52,699 nt of DNA from Alphaproteobacteria bacterium (GTDB lineage: Bacteria; Pseudomonadota; Alphaproteobacteria; Rhodospirillales; 2-02-FULL-58-16): the NCBI GenBank assembly GCA_024278615.1, contig JAJRSS010000014.1:1-52699 (forward strand), read 5' to 3'. Below, piece after piece: positions 37,317-45,469 of the stretch. A program made the position numbers and the translations under genes. The notes under the pieces were generated by a model. The model was given only the letters and a program-made list of their open reading frames with translations, made no database searches and was not told the origin of the DNA. The stretch's first letter is position 1; every line of letters starts with the position of its first letter.

Positions 37317-39026
37317 ATGAACGCCGCGGATATCCGCCTGCTTTCCGTCTGCGTTGGCCAACCCCGCCCGGTTACCATCGGCGCCGGCCCCGAACCGACG
37401 GCGTTCGTCAAACAGGCGACGGAGCAACCGGTCATGGCGGGCGAAGAAGGGCTGGCCGGCGATGCCCTGGCCACCGGACGTAAACTGGGTGTCCACAATC
37501 ACGCGGTCTACGCCATTCCCGCCGATACCTTCGACTATTGGAAGGAGCGGATTTCACGTCCTGACCTTCCGTTCGGGGGATTGGGTGAAAATGTCGTCAT
37601 TGACGGCCCCAACGAGCAAGCCGCCGCCATCGGTGACCGGTTCGAGATCGGCCGGGCGGAACTGACCGTCATTCAACCGCGAATCCCGTGTTACAAGTTG
37701 GCTCACTTCTTGGGGCTGGTGCAGGGCTTTCCCTATGAGTTCCTGAAATCCGGGCGTACCGGATTTTATTGCGCGGTGACCCGGCCGGGCGCCATTCAAC
37801 AGGGCGACACCGGTCGCTGGATCGCCGCCGACGGGCCCCGCGTCAGCATCTCCCGGTTTATCGAACTATCGCAATTTTCCACCGACAGCGAAGCCATCGC
37901 CGAGCTTCTTTCCAACCCGCATGTCATCGGCGGGTGGAAAGATGTGATCCGCCGGCGTCTGGAGCAATTGCAGGACCTCCGCCGGCGGCCCGTGGGTGAC
38001 GGCTGGTCGGAAGTACGCTGCGAAAGAATCGACGACGAAGGCGGCGGTATCAAGTCTTTCCACCTGCGGGGTGCCTCCGGTATTCTGAACGGCGCCCGGG
38101 GCGGCCAGTTCTTGACCCTGCGCCAAACCATCGACGCCAAGCCGGTGATTCGGAACTACAGCGTTTCCGCCGCCACCGGTGCTCTTGTTGCGGAATCCGG
38201 ATGCCTGCGTATCTCGGTTAAGCTAGAGCGCTCGCTGGCAGGCCTCGGTGGGCGCATGTCGTCGGCCCTACACCAGGATATGGTGGTCGGGGACAGTCTC
38301 TCGGTTCGGCCTCCGGCGGGCCATTTCACCTTGCCGGAGGAGCCCGGCACCGGCGAAATCTTGCTGATCAGCGGCGGCATCGGCATCACGCCCATATTGG
38401 GAATTCTCTGGCAGGCCGTCGCCGACGGACGCCAGGAGAATTTTCGTCTCGTCCATGTGCTCCGGGCAGACCAGGCTTTTCCCTTTGCCGGTGAACTCGA
38501 ACAACTGGCCCGTCTGCTTCCCGATCTGCGGATCGAAGCCTTTAATACCGGCGCTTCCGGGGTTAGCGAAAACGGGTTGAATTCGCGCAACGGCCGCCCC
38601 GACTGGAACTCCGTTCTTTCATCGCTCGGTTCTGGGGGGCTTGTCTATGTGTGTGGACCCGGCGCCTTGATCGATGCCGTGGCGGCGGCCGCCAGATCGC
38701 GCGGCTTCGACGATAGGGCGATCATTCGAGAATCCTTCGGCGCCTTGGCGGCCCCGGGAAATAGTGCCGGGGCCAATATTTCATTCATCCGATCCGGGTG
38801 CAGCGCACGGTGGACGCCTGGGGACGGTTCACTGCTTGATGTCGCGATTGGCAACAGTATCGACATCGGCTATTCGTGCCGTTCGGGGATCTGTGGCAGC
38901 TGCAAAGCGCCGCTTCTCGCCGGCACGGTTGCCTACCCTCAAGAGATGAACACCGCGACGGTACCGGACGGCCATATTCTACTTTGCAGCGCCATGCCCG
39001 AAAGCGATCTGGTGATCGATATTTAA
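37317..39026 (+). CDS. MOSC-domain / FNR-type flavin reductase / 2Fe-2S ferredoxin fusion protein
   Basis: The start was reset to the ATG at 37317 (MNAADIRLL...), giving 569 aa. The MOSC region reads GGLGENVVIDG...IQPRIPCYKL. The FAD motif is RNYSVS, the NAD(P) motif is LISGGIGITP, and the C-terminal cluster is CRSGICGSC...LLCSA. Confidence 0.8.
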   Translation: MNAADIRLLSVCVGQPRPVTIGAGPEPTAFVKQATEQPVMAGEEGLAGDALATGRKLGVHNHAVYAIPADTFDYWKERISRPDLPFGGLGENVVIDGPNEQAAAIGDRFEIGRAELTVIQPRIPCYKLAHFLGLVQGFPYEFLKSGRTGFYCAVTRPGAIQQGDTGRWIAADGPRVSISRFIELSQFSTDSEAIAELLSNPHVIGGWKDVIRRRLEQLQDLRRRPVGDGWSEVRCERIDDEGGGIKSFHLRGASGILNGARGGQFLTLRQTIDAKPVIRNYSVSAATGALVAESGCLRISVKLERSLAGLGGRMSSALHQDMVVGDSLSVRPPAGHFTLPEEPGTGEILLISGGIGITPILGILWQAVADGRQENFRLVHVLRADQAFPFAGELEQLARLLPDLRIEAFNTGASGVSENGLNSRNGRPDWNSVLSSLGSGGLVYVCGPGALIDAVAAAARSRGFDDRAIIRESFGALAAPGNSAGANISFIRSGCSARWTPGDGSLLDVAIGNSIDIGYSCRSGICGSCKAPLLAGTVAYPQEMNTATVPDGHILLCSAMPESDLVIDI

Positions 39027-39544
39027 TGGTGAAGGTTAAACAATTGATCAAACTCGATGCTCTTGATTTGAAAATTCTCACCGCCCTTCAGCGGCAGGGC
39101 CGGATGACCAAGGTGAAACTTGCCGACTCCATCAACCTTTCGGTTAGCCCGTGCTGGGAACGCCTGCGCAGGCTGGAACGCGAGGGCGTCATCAGCGGTT
39201 ACAGGGCGGAAATCAACCTCGATAAGCTGATGAAGACATCCATGGTTTGGTGCGAGATTTCGCTGAAACACCATCGGCGCGAAGACTTCGATATCTTTGA
39301 ACGATACATCGGCGAGATTTCCCAAGTCTTGGAATGCTGGGCAATCGGCGGAACCATCGACTACCTGATGCGGGTGGTGACGCCCGATCTCGACGCTTAC
39401 CAGGAACTAATGGAGGGACTGCTGGCGGCGGATATCGGTATCGACCGATACGTCACCTGCGCGGTCACCAAGCGGGTCAAGAATCCGGGCGCCGTGCCCA
39501 TCGAGAACTTGATGCGCCTGAACGGGGGTCCTTCATCCCCATAG
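39026..39544 (+). CDS. doeX: AsnC/Lrp-family transcriptional regulator (DoeX type)
   Basis: The ATG at 39026 overlaps the upstream stop (TAATG), giving 172 aa. The pattern LDALDLKILTALQRQGRMTKVKLADSINLSVSPCWERLRRLEREGVI is the Lrp/AsnC HTH. Confidence 0.8.
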   Translation: MVKVKQLIKLDALDLKILTALQRQGRMTKVKLADSINLSVSPCWERLRRLEREGVISGYRAEINLDKLMKTSMVWCEISLKHHRREDFDIFERYIGEISQVLECWAIGGTIDYLMRVVTPDLDAYQELMEGLLAADIGIDRYVTCAVTKRVKNPGAVPIENLMRLNGGPSSP

Positions 39545-39549
39545 TCGGG

Positions 39550-39602
39550 GAAAATCTTTCGGCAAACCGGCCCGGCGGCGGAAATTCTTTCGGCAAACCG
39601 GC
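39550..39602. repeat. Two 22-bp direct repeats (GAAAATCTTTCGGCAAACCGGC / GAAATTCTTTCGGCAAACCGGC), 31-bp period, upstream of doeC
   Basis: Read directly, with 21 of 22 positions identical. A third degenerate copy (GGGCAAACTGGCC) lies near 39633-39645. Confidence 0.6.
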
Positions 39603-39675
39603 GCAACAACAAAAACACCTGCGGCGCCGAAGCGGGCAAACTGGCCGGATCATCATCCTTCCAGAGGGGCTCCCC

Positions 39676-41169
39676 ATGGTCACCGGCAAGTTGGCGGAAA
39701 AAACACCGAGCGATCATCTGCGCGGCACCGGCTTGATGACCGATCATTGCTACATTGACGGTCAGTGGAAAAAAGCCGCGGAAGGCGGCGTTCTTGACGT
39801 TTATAACCCGGCCGACGGAACGCTTCTCGGCAGCGTTCCCGACCTAAAGGCGGCGGAGGCCATCGCCGCCGTCGATGCCGCCGAGAAGGCTCTTTTTTCA
39901 TGGGCCCGGGCCCGGCCGAAGGAACGGGCGCTGAAACTCCGGCGATGGGGCGAGTTGATGGTCGCCATTCGCCGGGACCTGGCCTTGGTCATGACGCTCG
40001 AACAGGGCAAGCCATTGGCCGAAGCCCTGGGCGAAATCGACTACGCGGCTGGATTTCTCGAGTGGTTCGCGGGCGAGGCGGAACGGCTCGACATTGATGG
40101 AATTACGCCGCATCTCGAAGCGTGTGACATGCGACTGACGCGCGTTCCCGTCGGCGTCGCGGCGCTGATTACGCCCTGGAACTTCCCTTCGGCCATGATC
40201 ACCCGAAAGGCCGGCGCCGCCCTGGCGGCGGGTTGCACGGTGGTTATCAAACCGGCGCCGGAAACGCCCTATTCCGCGCTCGCCCTGGCCGTTCTGGCCG
40301 AAAAGGCCGGAATCCCGGCCGGTGTGTTTAACGTTATTACCGGCGATGCCCCGGTTCTCGCCAAGGCGCTGTGCGACGATGTTCGCGTACGCGGCCTCAG
40401 CTTTACCGGCTCGACCCGCGTCGGCCGCCAACTGCTCGAATGGTCGGCCCCGACCATTAAGCGGGTATCCTTGGAACTTGGGGGACAGGCGCCATTTATC
40501 GTCTTCGGCGACGTCGATCTTGAGCGGGCGGTTACGGACGCGGTGGTGGCGAAATTCCAGACCAGCGGGCAAGATTGCCTGGCCGCCAACCGGATCTACC
40601 TGCAGGATTCCATCTACCAGGAATTCTGCTGGCGCTTCACGGCGGCGACGAAACGGCTGAAAGTCGGTGATGGGCTGATCGACGGCAACGAAATCGGCCC
40701 CCTGATGCACAAAACGGCGATCGACAAGTGCTTGGCGCACGTCGAGGACGCCAGAGACAAAGGCGCGCGGGTTCTCGCCGGCGGCGGATGCCACGCGCTA
40801 GGCGGCCTGTTCTTCGAGCCGACGGTTCTGGCCGACGTCACGCCGGACATGTCCATATCCTACGAAGAAACATTCGGCCCGGTTGCCGCCATTTCCAGCT
40901 TTTCCAGCGAAGAGCAGGTCATCGGCCTCGCCAACGCCACGGAATACGGGCTCGCCGCATACGTCCACACGCGTCATGGGGCGCGAGCCTCGCGGGTCGC
41001 TTCCCGACTGGAATTCGGCATGGTGGCGGTGAACTGCGTCAAGATGACCGGCGCCCCCATCCCGTTTGGCGGAATGAAGCAATCCGGCCTCGGCCGCGAG
41101 GGCGGCAGACATGGCATCGACGCCTTCAGCGAGATAAAATACATCTGCACATCGACGGAAACCGACTAG
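39676..41169 (+). CDS. doeC: NAD(P)-dependent aldehyde dehydrogenase (succinate/aspartate-semialdehyde dehydrogenase, DoeC type)
   Basis: The start is at the ATG at 39676 (alternative 39736). ALDH motifs ELGGQAP and the catalytic region QDCLAANR are present, and the GabD-like N-terminus reads CYIDGQW. Confidence 0.8.
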   Translation: MVTGKLAEKTPSDHLRGTGLMTDHCYIDGQWKKAAEGGVLDVYNPADGTLLGSVPDLKAAEAIAAVDAAEKALFSWARARPKERALKLRRWGELMVAIRRDLALVMTLEQGKPLAEALGEIDYAAGFLEWFAGEAERLDIDGITPHLEACDMRLTRVPVGVAALITPWNFPSAMITRKAGAALAAGCTVVIKPAPETPYSALALAVLAEKAGIPAGVFNVITGDAPVLAKALCDDVRVRGLSFTGSTRVGRQLLEWSAPTIKRVSLELGGQAPFIVFGDVDLERAVTDAVVAKFQTSGQDCLAANRIYLQDSIYQEFCWRFTAATKRLKVGDGLIDGNEIGPLMHKTAIDKCLAHVEDARDKGARVLAGGGCHALGGLFFEPTVLADVTPDMSISYEETFGPVAAISSFSSEEQVIGLANATEYGLAAYVHTRHGARASRVASRLEFGMVAVNCVKMTGAPIPFGGMKQSGLGREGGRHGIDAFSEIKYICTSTETD

Positions 41170-41181
41170 GGAAACACGCAT

Positions 41182-42567
41182 ATGACAAAGCTAGCCAACA
41201 TGCCCGAACTGGAACGCATGGACCGCGACAATTTTTTTCATCCGTCTACGCATCTCGGCCAGTTCGCCCGCGGCGAAGCGCCGGTGCGGGTTATGGCATC
41301 CGGCGAAGGGGTCTACATCACCGATATCGACGGCAGAACCAGCCTCGACGGTTTCGCCGGCCTCTATTGCGTCAATGCCGGTTACGGCCGCACGGAAATC
41401 TCCGACGCCATCGCCGAACAGGCACGAAAGCTGGCCTATTATCACGCCTACGTCGGCCACGGCACGGAAGCCTCGATCACCCTCGCCAAGATGATTATCG
41501 ATCGCGCTCCGGCCGGCATGAGCAAAGTCTACTTCGGACTCTCCGGATCCGACGCCAACGAAACCAACATCAAATTGATCTGGTACGCCAACAACATTTT
41601 GGGCCGGCCCGAAAAGAAAAAGATCATTTCACGTTGGCGCGGTTATCACGGTTCCGGCGTCATGACCGGCAGCCTGACCGGGCTGGGCCTGTTCCACAAC
41701 GCCTTCGATCTGCCGCGGGCGCCGATTCTTCACAGCGATGCGCCCTATTACTTCCGCCGCCCGGATTTGGCGCAAAGCGAAGAGGACTTTTCCCGCCAAT
41801 GCGCCGCCAACCTGGAAGCCATGATCGTCGAAGAGGGCCCGGAAACCGTGGCCGCATTCATCGGCGAGCCGGTGCTCGGCACCGGTGGCATCGTTCCGCC
41901 GCCGGCCGGGTATTGGGAAAACATCCAGGCGGTTCTCAAGAAGCATGACGTTCTCCTGGTCGTCGATGAAGTCGTCACCGGTTTTGGGCGCCTGGGTTCC
42001 ATGTTTGGTTCCGAGCACTATGGGCTTGAGCCCGACCTGATCACCATCGCCAAGGGACTGACCAGCGCCTATGCGCCCCTATCGGGCGTAATCGTCGGTG
42101 AAGCGCTATGGAAAGTGTTGGAGCAAGGGTCCGACGAAATGGGACCGATTGGCCACGGATGGACCTATTCAGCCCACCCCATCGGGGCCGCCGCCGGGAT
42201 CGCCAACCTGGAACTGGTCGACAGGCTTGGGTTGGTCGACAATGCGCGCCAAACCGGGGCCTATTTCAACGCCGAGTTGGCCGCCGTTTTCGCCGATCAT
42301 GAGATCGTCGGCGAGGTGCGCGGCGAAGGGCTGTTGGCGGCGCTCGAATTCGTCAAGGATCGCGACAGCCGGACATTCTTTGATCCGGCGACGAAGGTCG
42401 CGCCGCGCATCGCCGCCGCCTGCCTGGAACGCGAACTGATCGTCCGCGCCATGCCGGAAGGCGACATCCTGGGCTTTGCCCCGCCGCTGTGCCTGACGAC
42501 CGAAGAAGCGGACAAGATCGTCGCCATCACCAAACAAGCGGTGGATGCCGTGGCGCGGGAATTGTAG
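41182..42567 (+). CDS. doeD: Class-III aminotransferase (diaminobutyrate-2-oxoglutarate transaminase, DoeD type)
   Basis: 461-aa ORF with GSDANE, the DEVVTGFGRLG motif and the PLP-lysine context IAKGLTS. Confidence 0.8.
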   Translation: MTKLANMPELERMDRDNFFHPSTHLGQFARGEAPVRVMASGEGVYITDIDGRTSLDGFAGLYCVNAGYGRTEISDAIAEQARKLAYYHAYVGHGTEASITLAKMIIDRAPAGMSKVYFGLSGSDANETNIKLIWYANNILGRPEKKKIISRWRGYHGSGVMTGSLTGLGLFHNAFDLPRAPILHSDAPYYFRRPDLAQSEEDFSRQCAANLEAMIVEEGPETVAAFIGEPVLGTGGIVPPPAGYWENIQAVLKKHDVLLVVDEVVTGFGRLGSMFGSEHYGLEPDLITIAKGLTSAYAPLSGVIVGEALWKVLEQGSDEMGPIGHGWTYSAHPIGAAAGIANLELVDRLGLVDNARQTGAYFNAELAAVFADHEIVGEVRGEGLLAALEFVKDRDSRTFFDPATKVAPRIAAACLERELIVRAMPEGDILGFAPPLCLTTEEADKIVAITKQAVDAVAREL

Positions 42568-42583
42568 GAACTGGCGGTGAAAA

Positions 42584-42673
42584 TGGCGGAGGGAGGGGGA
42601 TTCGAACCCCCGATACGGTTTCCCGCATACACGCTTTCCAAGCGTGCGCCTTCAGCCACTCGGCCACCCCTCC
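42584..42673 (-). tRNA. tRNA-Ser (anticodon GGA), CCA encoded
   Basis: The minus strand reads GGAGGGGTGGCCGAGTGGCTGAAGGCGCACGCTTGGAAAGCGTGTATGCGGGAAACCGTATCGGGGGTTCGAATCCCCCTCCCTCCGCCA. Hand folding gives a 7-bp acceptor stem, anticodon loop TTGGAAA, a long variable arm (class II) and the T-loop GGTTCGAATCC. Confidence 0.9.
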
Positions 42674-42758
42674 TGATCGGCGCCCATGGGCGCCGCCGGG
42701 GCGAAACCTAGCCCGGCGCTCCTGCTCCTGGCAACATTTAATGGCCCGGGCAACGGTT

Positions 42759-43676
42759 TTAGGGCAGGGCCGGATCGACGAACCGCACCCCTTCCCGGCC
42801 ATGGAAGAAGCCGTTGGAAAAGGGCACGCCGCCAGCGAGGTCGGCAAGACGCCCCTGGGCGTCCGCCACCGACTCGACGCCATCGAGGAGGCCGCGCACC
42901 ACCCCCGCCACGGCCACCATGTCCACGTCCTGGGGCGACAGGCGGAAGTGCCGGATGCCCATGGCCTCCAGGGCCTGCAACTCGCCCAGGCGGTTGCAAT
43001 AGGTATGGGACAGGGTCTGGGTGCCGTTGACGGCGAGGAACGGCTTGCCGTCCAGGGTCTCGACGGCCATGCCGTCCGGGTCGGCGGCGCAGACATATTG
43101 GCAGTTGTCCTTGGTCAACCCCTTGGCCCGGGCGTGGTAGCAGCGCGCCGACAAGGCCAGGGGGAGGCGCCCGAAGATCTGCACCTCCAACTCGGCCAGC
43201 CCGGCACGGCCGAGGACCGCCAGGGTCGGCGCCGGCAGTTCCGAGGCCAGGCACACCCGAAAGGCGCCCCGGCCGGCCAGGGTTTTCAGGGTTCCTTCGT
43301 TGTACACGTTAACCAGGGGACCGATGACGTGCCGCCGCCCGGCGAGCAGGGCGTGGGCCGAAATGTCGTTGGCTTCCACCAGCAGGTCCGCCGAACCGGC
43401 GGTTTCGGCCAGTTGGGTCAATTCCCGGCCGGTCATCACCAGGGCCAGGGTGGAATGGATGACCTCCTTGCCGGCCCGTTCCAGCCGGCCGGTGACTTCG
43501 GCCACGTAAGGAACGAAAAAGGGCGTCCGCTTGGAGCACACCACCTCGCCGACGCAGACGCTGTCCACGGCTGCCTCGTCGGCGAGACGAAAGTAAAAAT
43601 CCCGCAGTTTTTCCGGCGCCCAATTGAACAGGACCGGCCCCATGGTCAACTTCGCCGCCGCCAATCCGCCGCCCAT
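42759..43676 (-). CDS. ubiV: U32-family protein, O2-independent ubiquinone hydroxylase subunit
   Basis: 305-aa ORF with the YhbV-like N-terminus MGPVLFNWAPEKLRDFY and a Cys-containing VCVGEVVCSKR. It follows ubiU with a 2-nt gap. Confidence 0.8.
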   Translation of the reverse strand: MGGGLAAAKLTMGPVLFNWAPEKLRDFYFRLADEAAVDSVCVGEVVCSKRTPFFVPYVAEVTGRLERAGKEVIHSTLALVMTGRELTQLAETAGSADLLVEANDISAHALLAGRRHVIGPLVNVYNEGTLKTLAGRGAFRVCLASELPAPTLAVLGRAGLAELEVQIFGRLPLALSARCYHARAKGLTKDNCQYVCAADPDGMAVETLDGKPFLAVNGTQTLSHTYCNRLGELQALEAMGIRHFRLSPQDVDMVAVAGVVRGLLDGVESVADAQGRLADLAGGVPFSNGFFHGREGVRFVDPALP

Positions 43677-43678
43677 CC

Positions 43679-44668
43679 CTACCGCCAGACCTTTTCATAG
43701 ACGCCGGTGGTCTGGCGCCCGCCTTCGGCCAGCGCGCCAAGGGCGGTTTCGGGCACCGGTTCACCCCGGGCGGCGGCGTCGACAGCCAGGCGGAAGGCGG
43801 CGACCACCTTGGCCACGTAAGCCCGTCCCCGCTGGCGGCCTTCGATTTTCAGCGCCCGCACCCCGGCCTTGGCCAGTTCCGGCAACAGGTGAAGAACATT
43901 GAGCGACGTCGGCTCCTCGAACAGGTAGGAAACCCGGCCACAGGTGGAAAACCGCCCCTTGCACAGGGTCGGGTAGCCCGCCGGTTCGCCCTCGGCGAAG
44001 GTGTTGATGGTGTAATCCCCCAGTTTGGAGATCATTTTTCCGCCATGGTCCACATAGCGCACGTGGCTGGCCGGCGAACAGGCCCCGTCCTTGTTGGGCG
44101 AAACGCCGGTGGCGTAGGACGACAGCTGGCACCGGCCTTCGGCCATGACGCATAGGCCGCCAAAGACGAAAATTTCAGTTTCCACAGGCACTTGCGCGTT
44201 CAAGGCGGTGATTTCGGCGACCGTCAGGACCCGGGGCAGCACCACCCGCTTGATGCCGAAGGCTTGATGGTAAAAGCGGATGGCTTCCGGGTTGGAGGCC
44301 GCCGCCTGAACGGAAAGATGCCGGCGCAATTGGGGATGAACCCGCTGGGCATAGTCCATCAGGCCGATGTCAGCGAGGATGACGGCGTCGGCGCCCAGGT
44401 CGGCGGCACTGTCGACGGCGCGGTGCCAGGGGCCGGAATTGCCGGCCTCGGGAAAGGTATTGATGGCGACCAGCACCCTGGCCCCGTGGTCATGGGCGAA
44501 GCGGATTCCTTCGGCCAGTTCGGAACGGCTGAAATTGAGGCCGGGAAAGTTTCGGGCGTTGGTTTCATCGCGAAACCCCAGGTAGACGCTGTCGGCGCCC
44601 GCGTTCACCGCCGCCCTGAGGGCGGCCGGGGTTCCCGCCGGGCAGACCAGTTCCAGGGGGGCGCTCAC
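43679..44668 (-). CDS. ubiU: U32-family protein, O2-independent ubiquinone hydroxylase subunit
   Basis: 329-aa ORF with a GTG start at 44668 overlapping the ubiT stop (GTGA). It has the YhbU-like N-terminus LELVCPAGTPAALRAAVNAGADSVYLG and a Cys cluster region GGLCVMAEGRCQLS...CSP. Confidence 0.8.
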   Translation of the reverse strand: MSAPLELVCPAGTPAALRAAVNAGADSVYLGFRDETNARNFPGLNFSRSELAEGIRFAHDHGARVLVAINTFPEAGNSGPWHRAVDSAADLGADAVILADIGLMDYAQRVHPQLRRHLSVQAAASNPEAIRFYHQAFGIKRVVLPRVLTVAEITALNAQVPVETEIFVFGGLCVMAEGRCQLSSYATGVSPNKDGACSPASHVRYVDHGGKMISKLGDYTINTFAEGEPAGYPTLCKGRFSTCGRVSYLFEEPTSLNVLHLLPELAKAGVRALKIEGRQRGRAYVAKVVAAFRLAVDAAARGEPVPETALGALAEGGRQTTGVYEKVWR

Positions 44669-45339
44669 CGCCGTCCGCCCTTTTGCGCCGGGCGGCGCGC
44701 CGGTCGGCGGGCGGCGGCATCGACCTTGTCCTCCAGGTCGCGCAGGCGGGCGGCCTGGAATTCTCCCTGGCTGAGGGCCGGAGCGATGACGGCGGCGCGC
44801 AATGACTGCAGGTCCCGGGCGGCGCGGTCGAACAGGCCCTGGGCGACGCCGACAGCGTTGCGGGAAGGCCCGGCCAGGGGCCCCAGCAGAGACAGCACGT
44901 CGCCGATGATGTCGATCTCGACGCTGTCGATGGCGTTGCGAAGCGCCACCACGACTTCGGTATCGCCCTCAATGGACAGCTCGCGGGAAAAGAACAGCCC
45001 GTCCCCGTCAATGCGTCCTTCAAGCAGTTCCATGAGGGTCAGGAGGGGGCCGCGAATGGTCGCCGACGCCGACAGGTCGCCGGCGTCACGGACGGCGCTC
45101 AGGCGCGGCGACAATGGATCCGCATCAAGCCGGAAGACCAGGGGCAGGTCCACCGGATCAATGACCAGCAGGGGATTCTGGATATCGGAAAAACGCTCGA
45201 AAAGACCGGGATGACGGCGCCGGATGGCCATCATGGCGAGATCCAGCACCGGTTGCAGCAGGATCGGCGGCAGGGGGCGCACCAGGAAACCCGCCAACAG
45301 CACCGGCGACAACGGCGGTGGAGGTCCCAATGGTGGCAT
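44665..45339 (-). CDS. ubiT: SCP2-domain accessory factor for anaerobic ubiquinone synthesis
   Basis: The start was reset to the ATG at 45339, giving 224 aa. The SCP2 pattern reads ATIRGPLLTLMELLEGRIDGDGLFFSRELSIEGDTEVVVALRN. It sits first in a ubiT-ubiU-ubiV order. Confidence 0.72.
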   Translation of the reverse strand: MPPLGPPPPLSPVLLAGFLVRPLPPILLQPVLDLAMMAIRRRHPGLFERFSDIQNPLLVIDPVDLPLVFRLDADPLSPRLSAVRDAGDLSASATIRGPLLTLMELLEGRIDGDGLFFSRELSIEGDTEVVVALRNAIDSVEIDIIGDVLSLLGPLAGPSRNAVGVAQGLFDRAARDLQSLRAAVIAPALSQGEFQAARLRDLEDKVDAAARRPARRPAQKGGRR

Positions 45340-45425
45340 CAACTGCCTCTCTGACTGCCTCTCTGCATGCAGTGGCGCTCCCCTGCGGCGAAAACGCCTT
45401 TTAACCGCAATACACCGCAAAGGCA

Positions 45426-45439
45426 TTGATTTTGGTCAA
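45426..45439 (-). promoter_or_regulatory. FNR/CRP-family box TTGATTTTGGTCAA upstream of ubiT
   Basis: 9 of 10 positions match TTGAT-N4-ATCAA. The box is centred about 93 nt upstream of the ubiT ATG. Confidence 0.5.
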
Positions 45440-45469
45440 TTGCGCGATTGAGGCCGCCGGGTAATGGGC

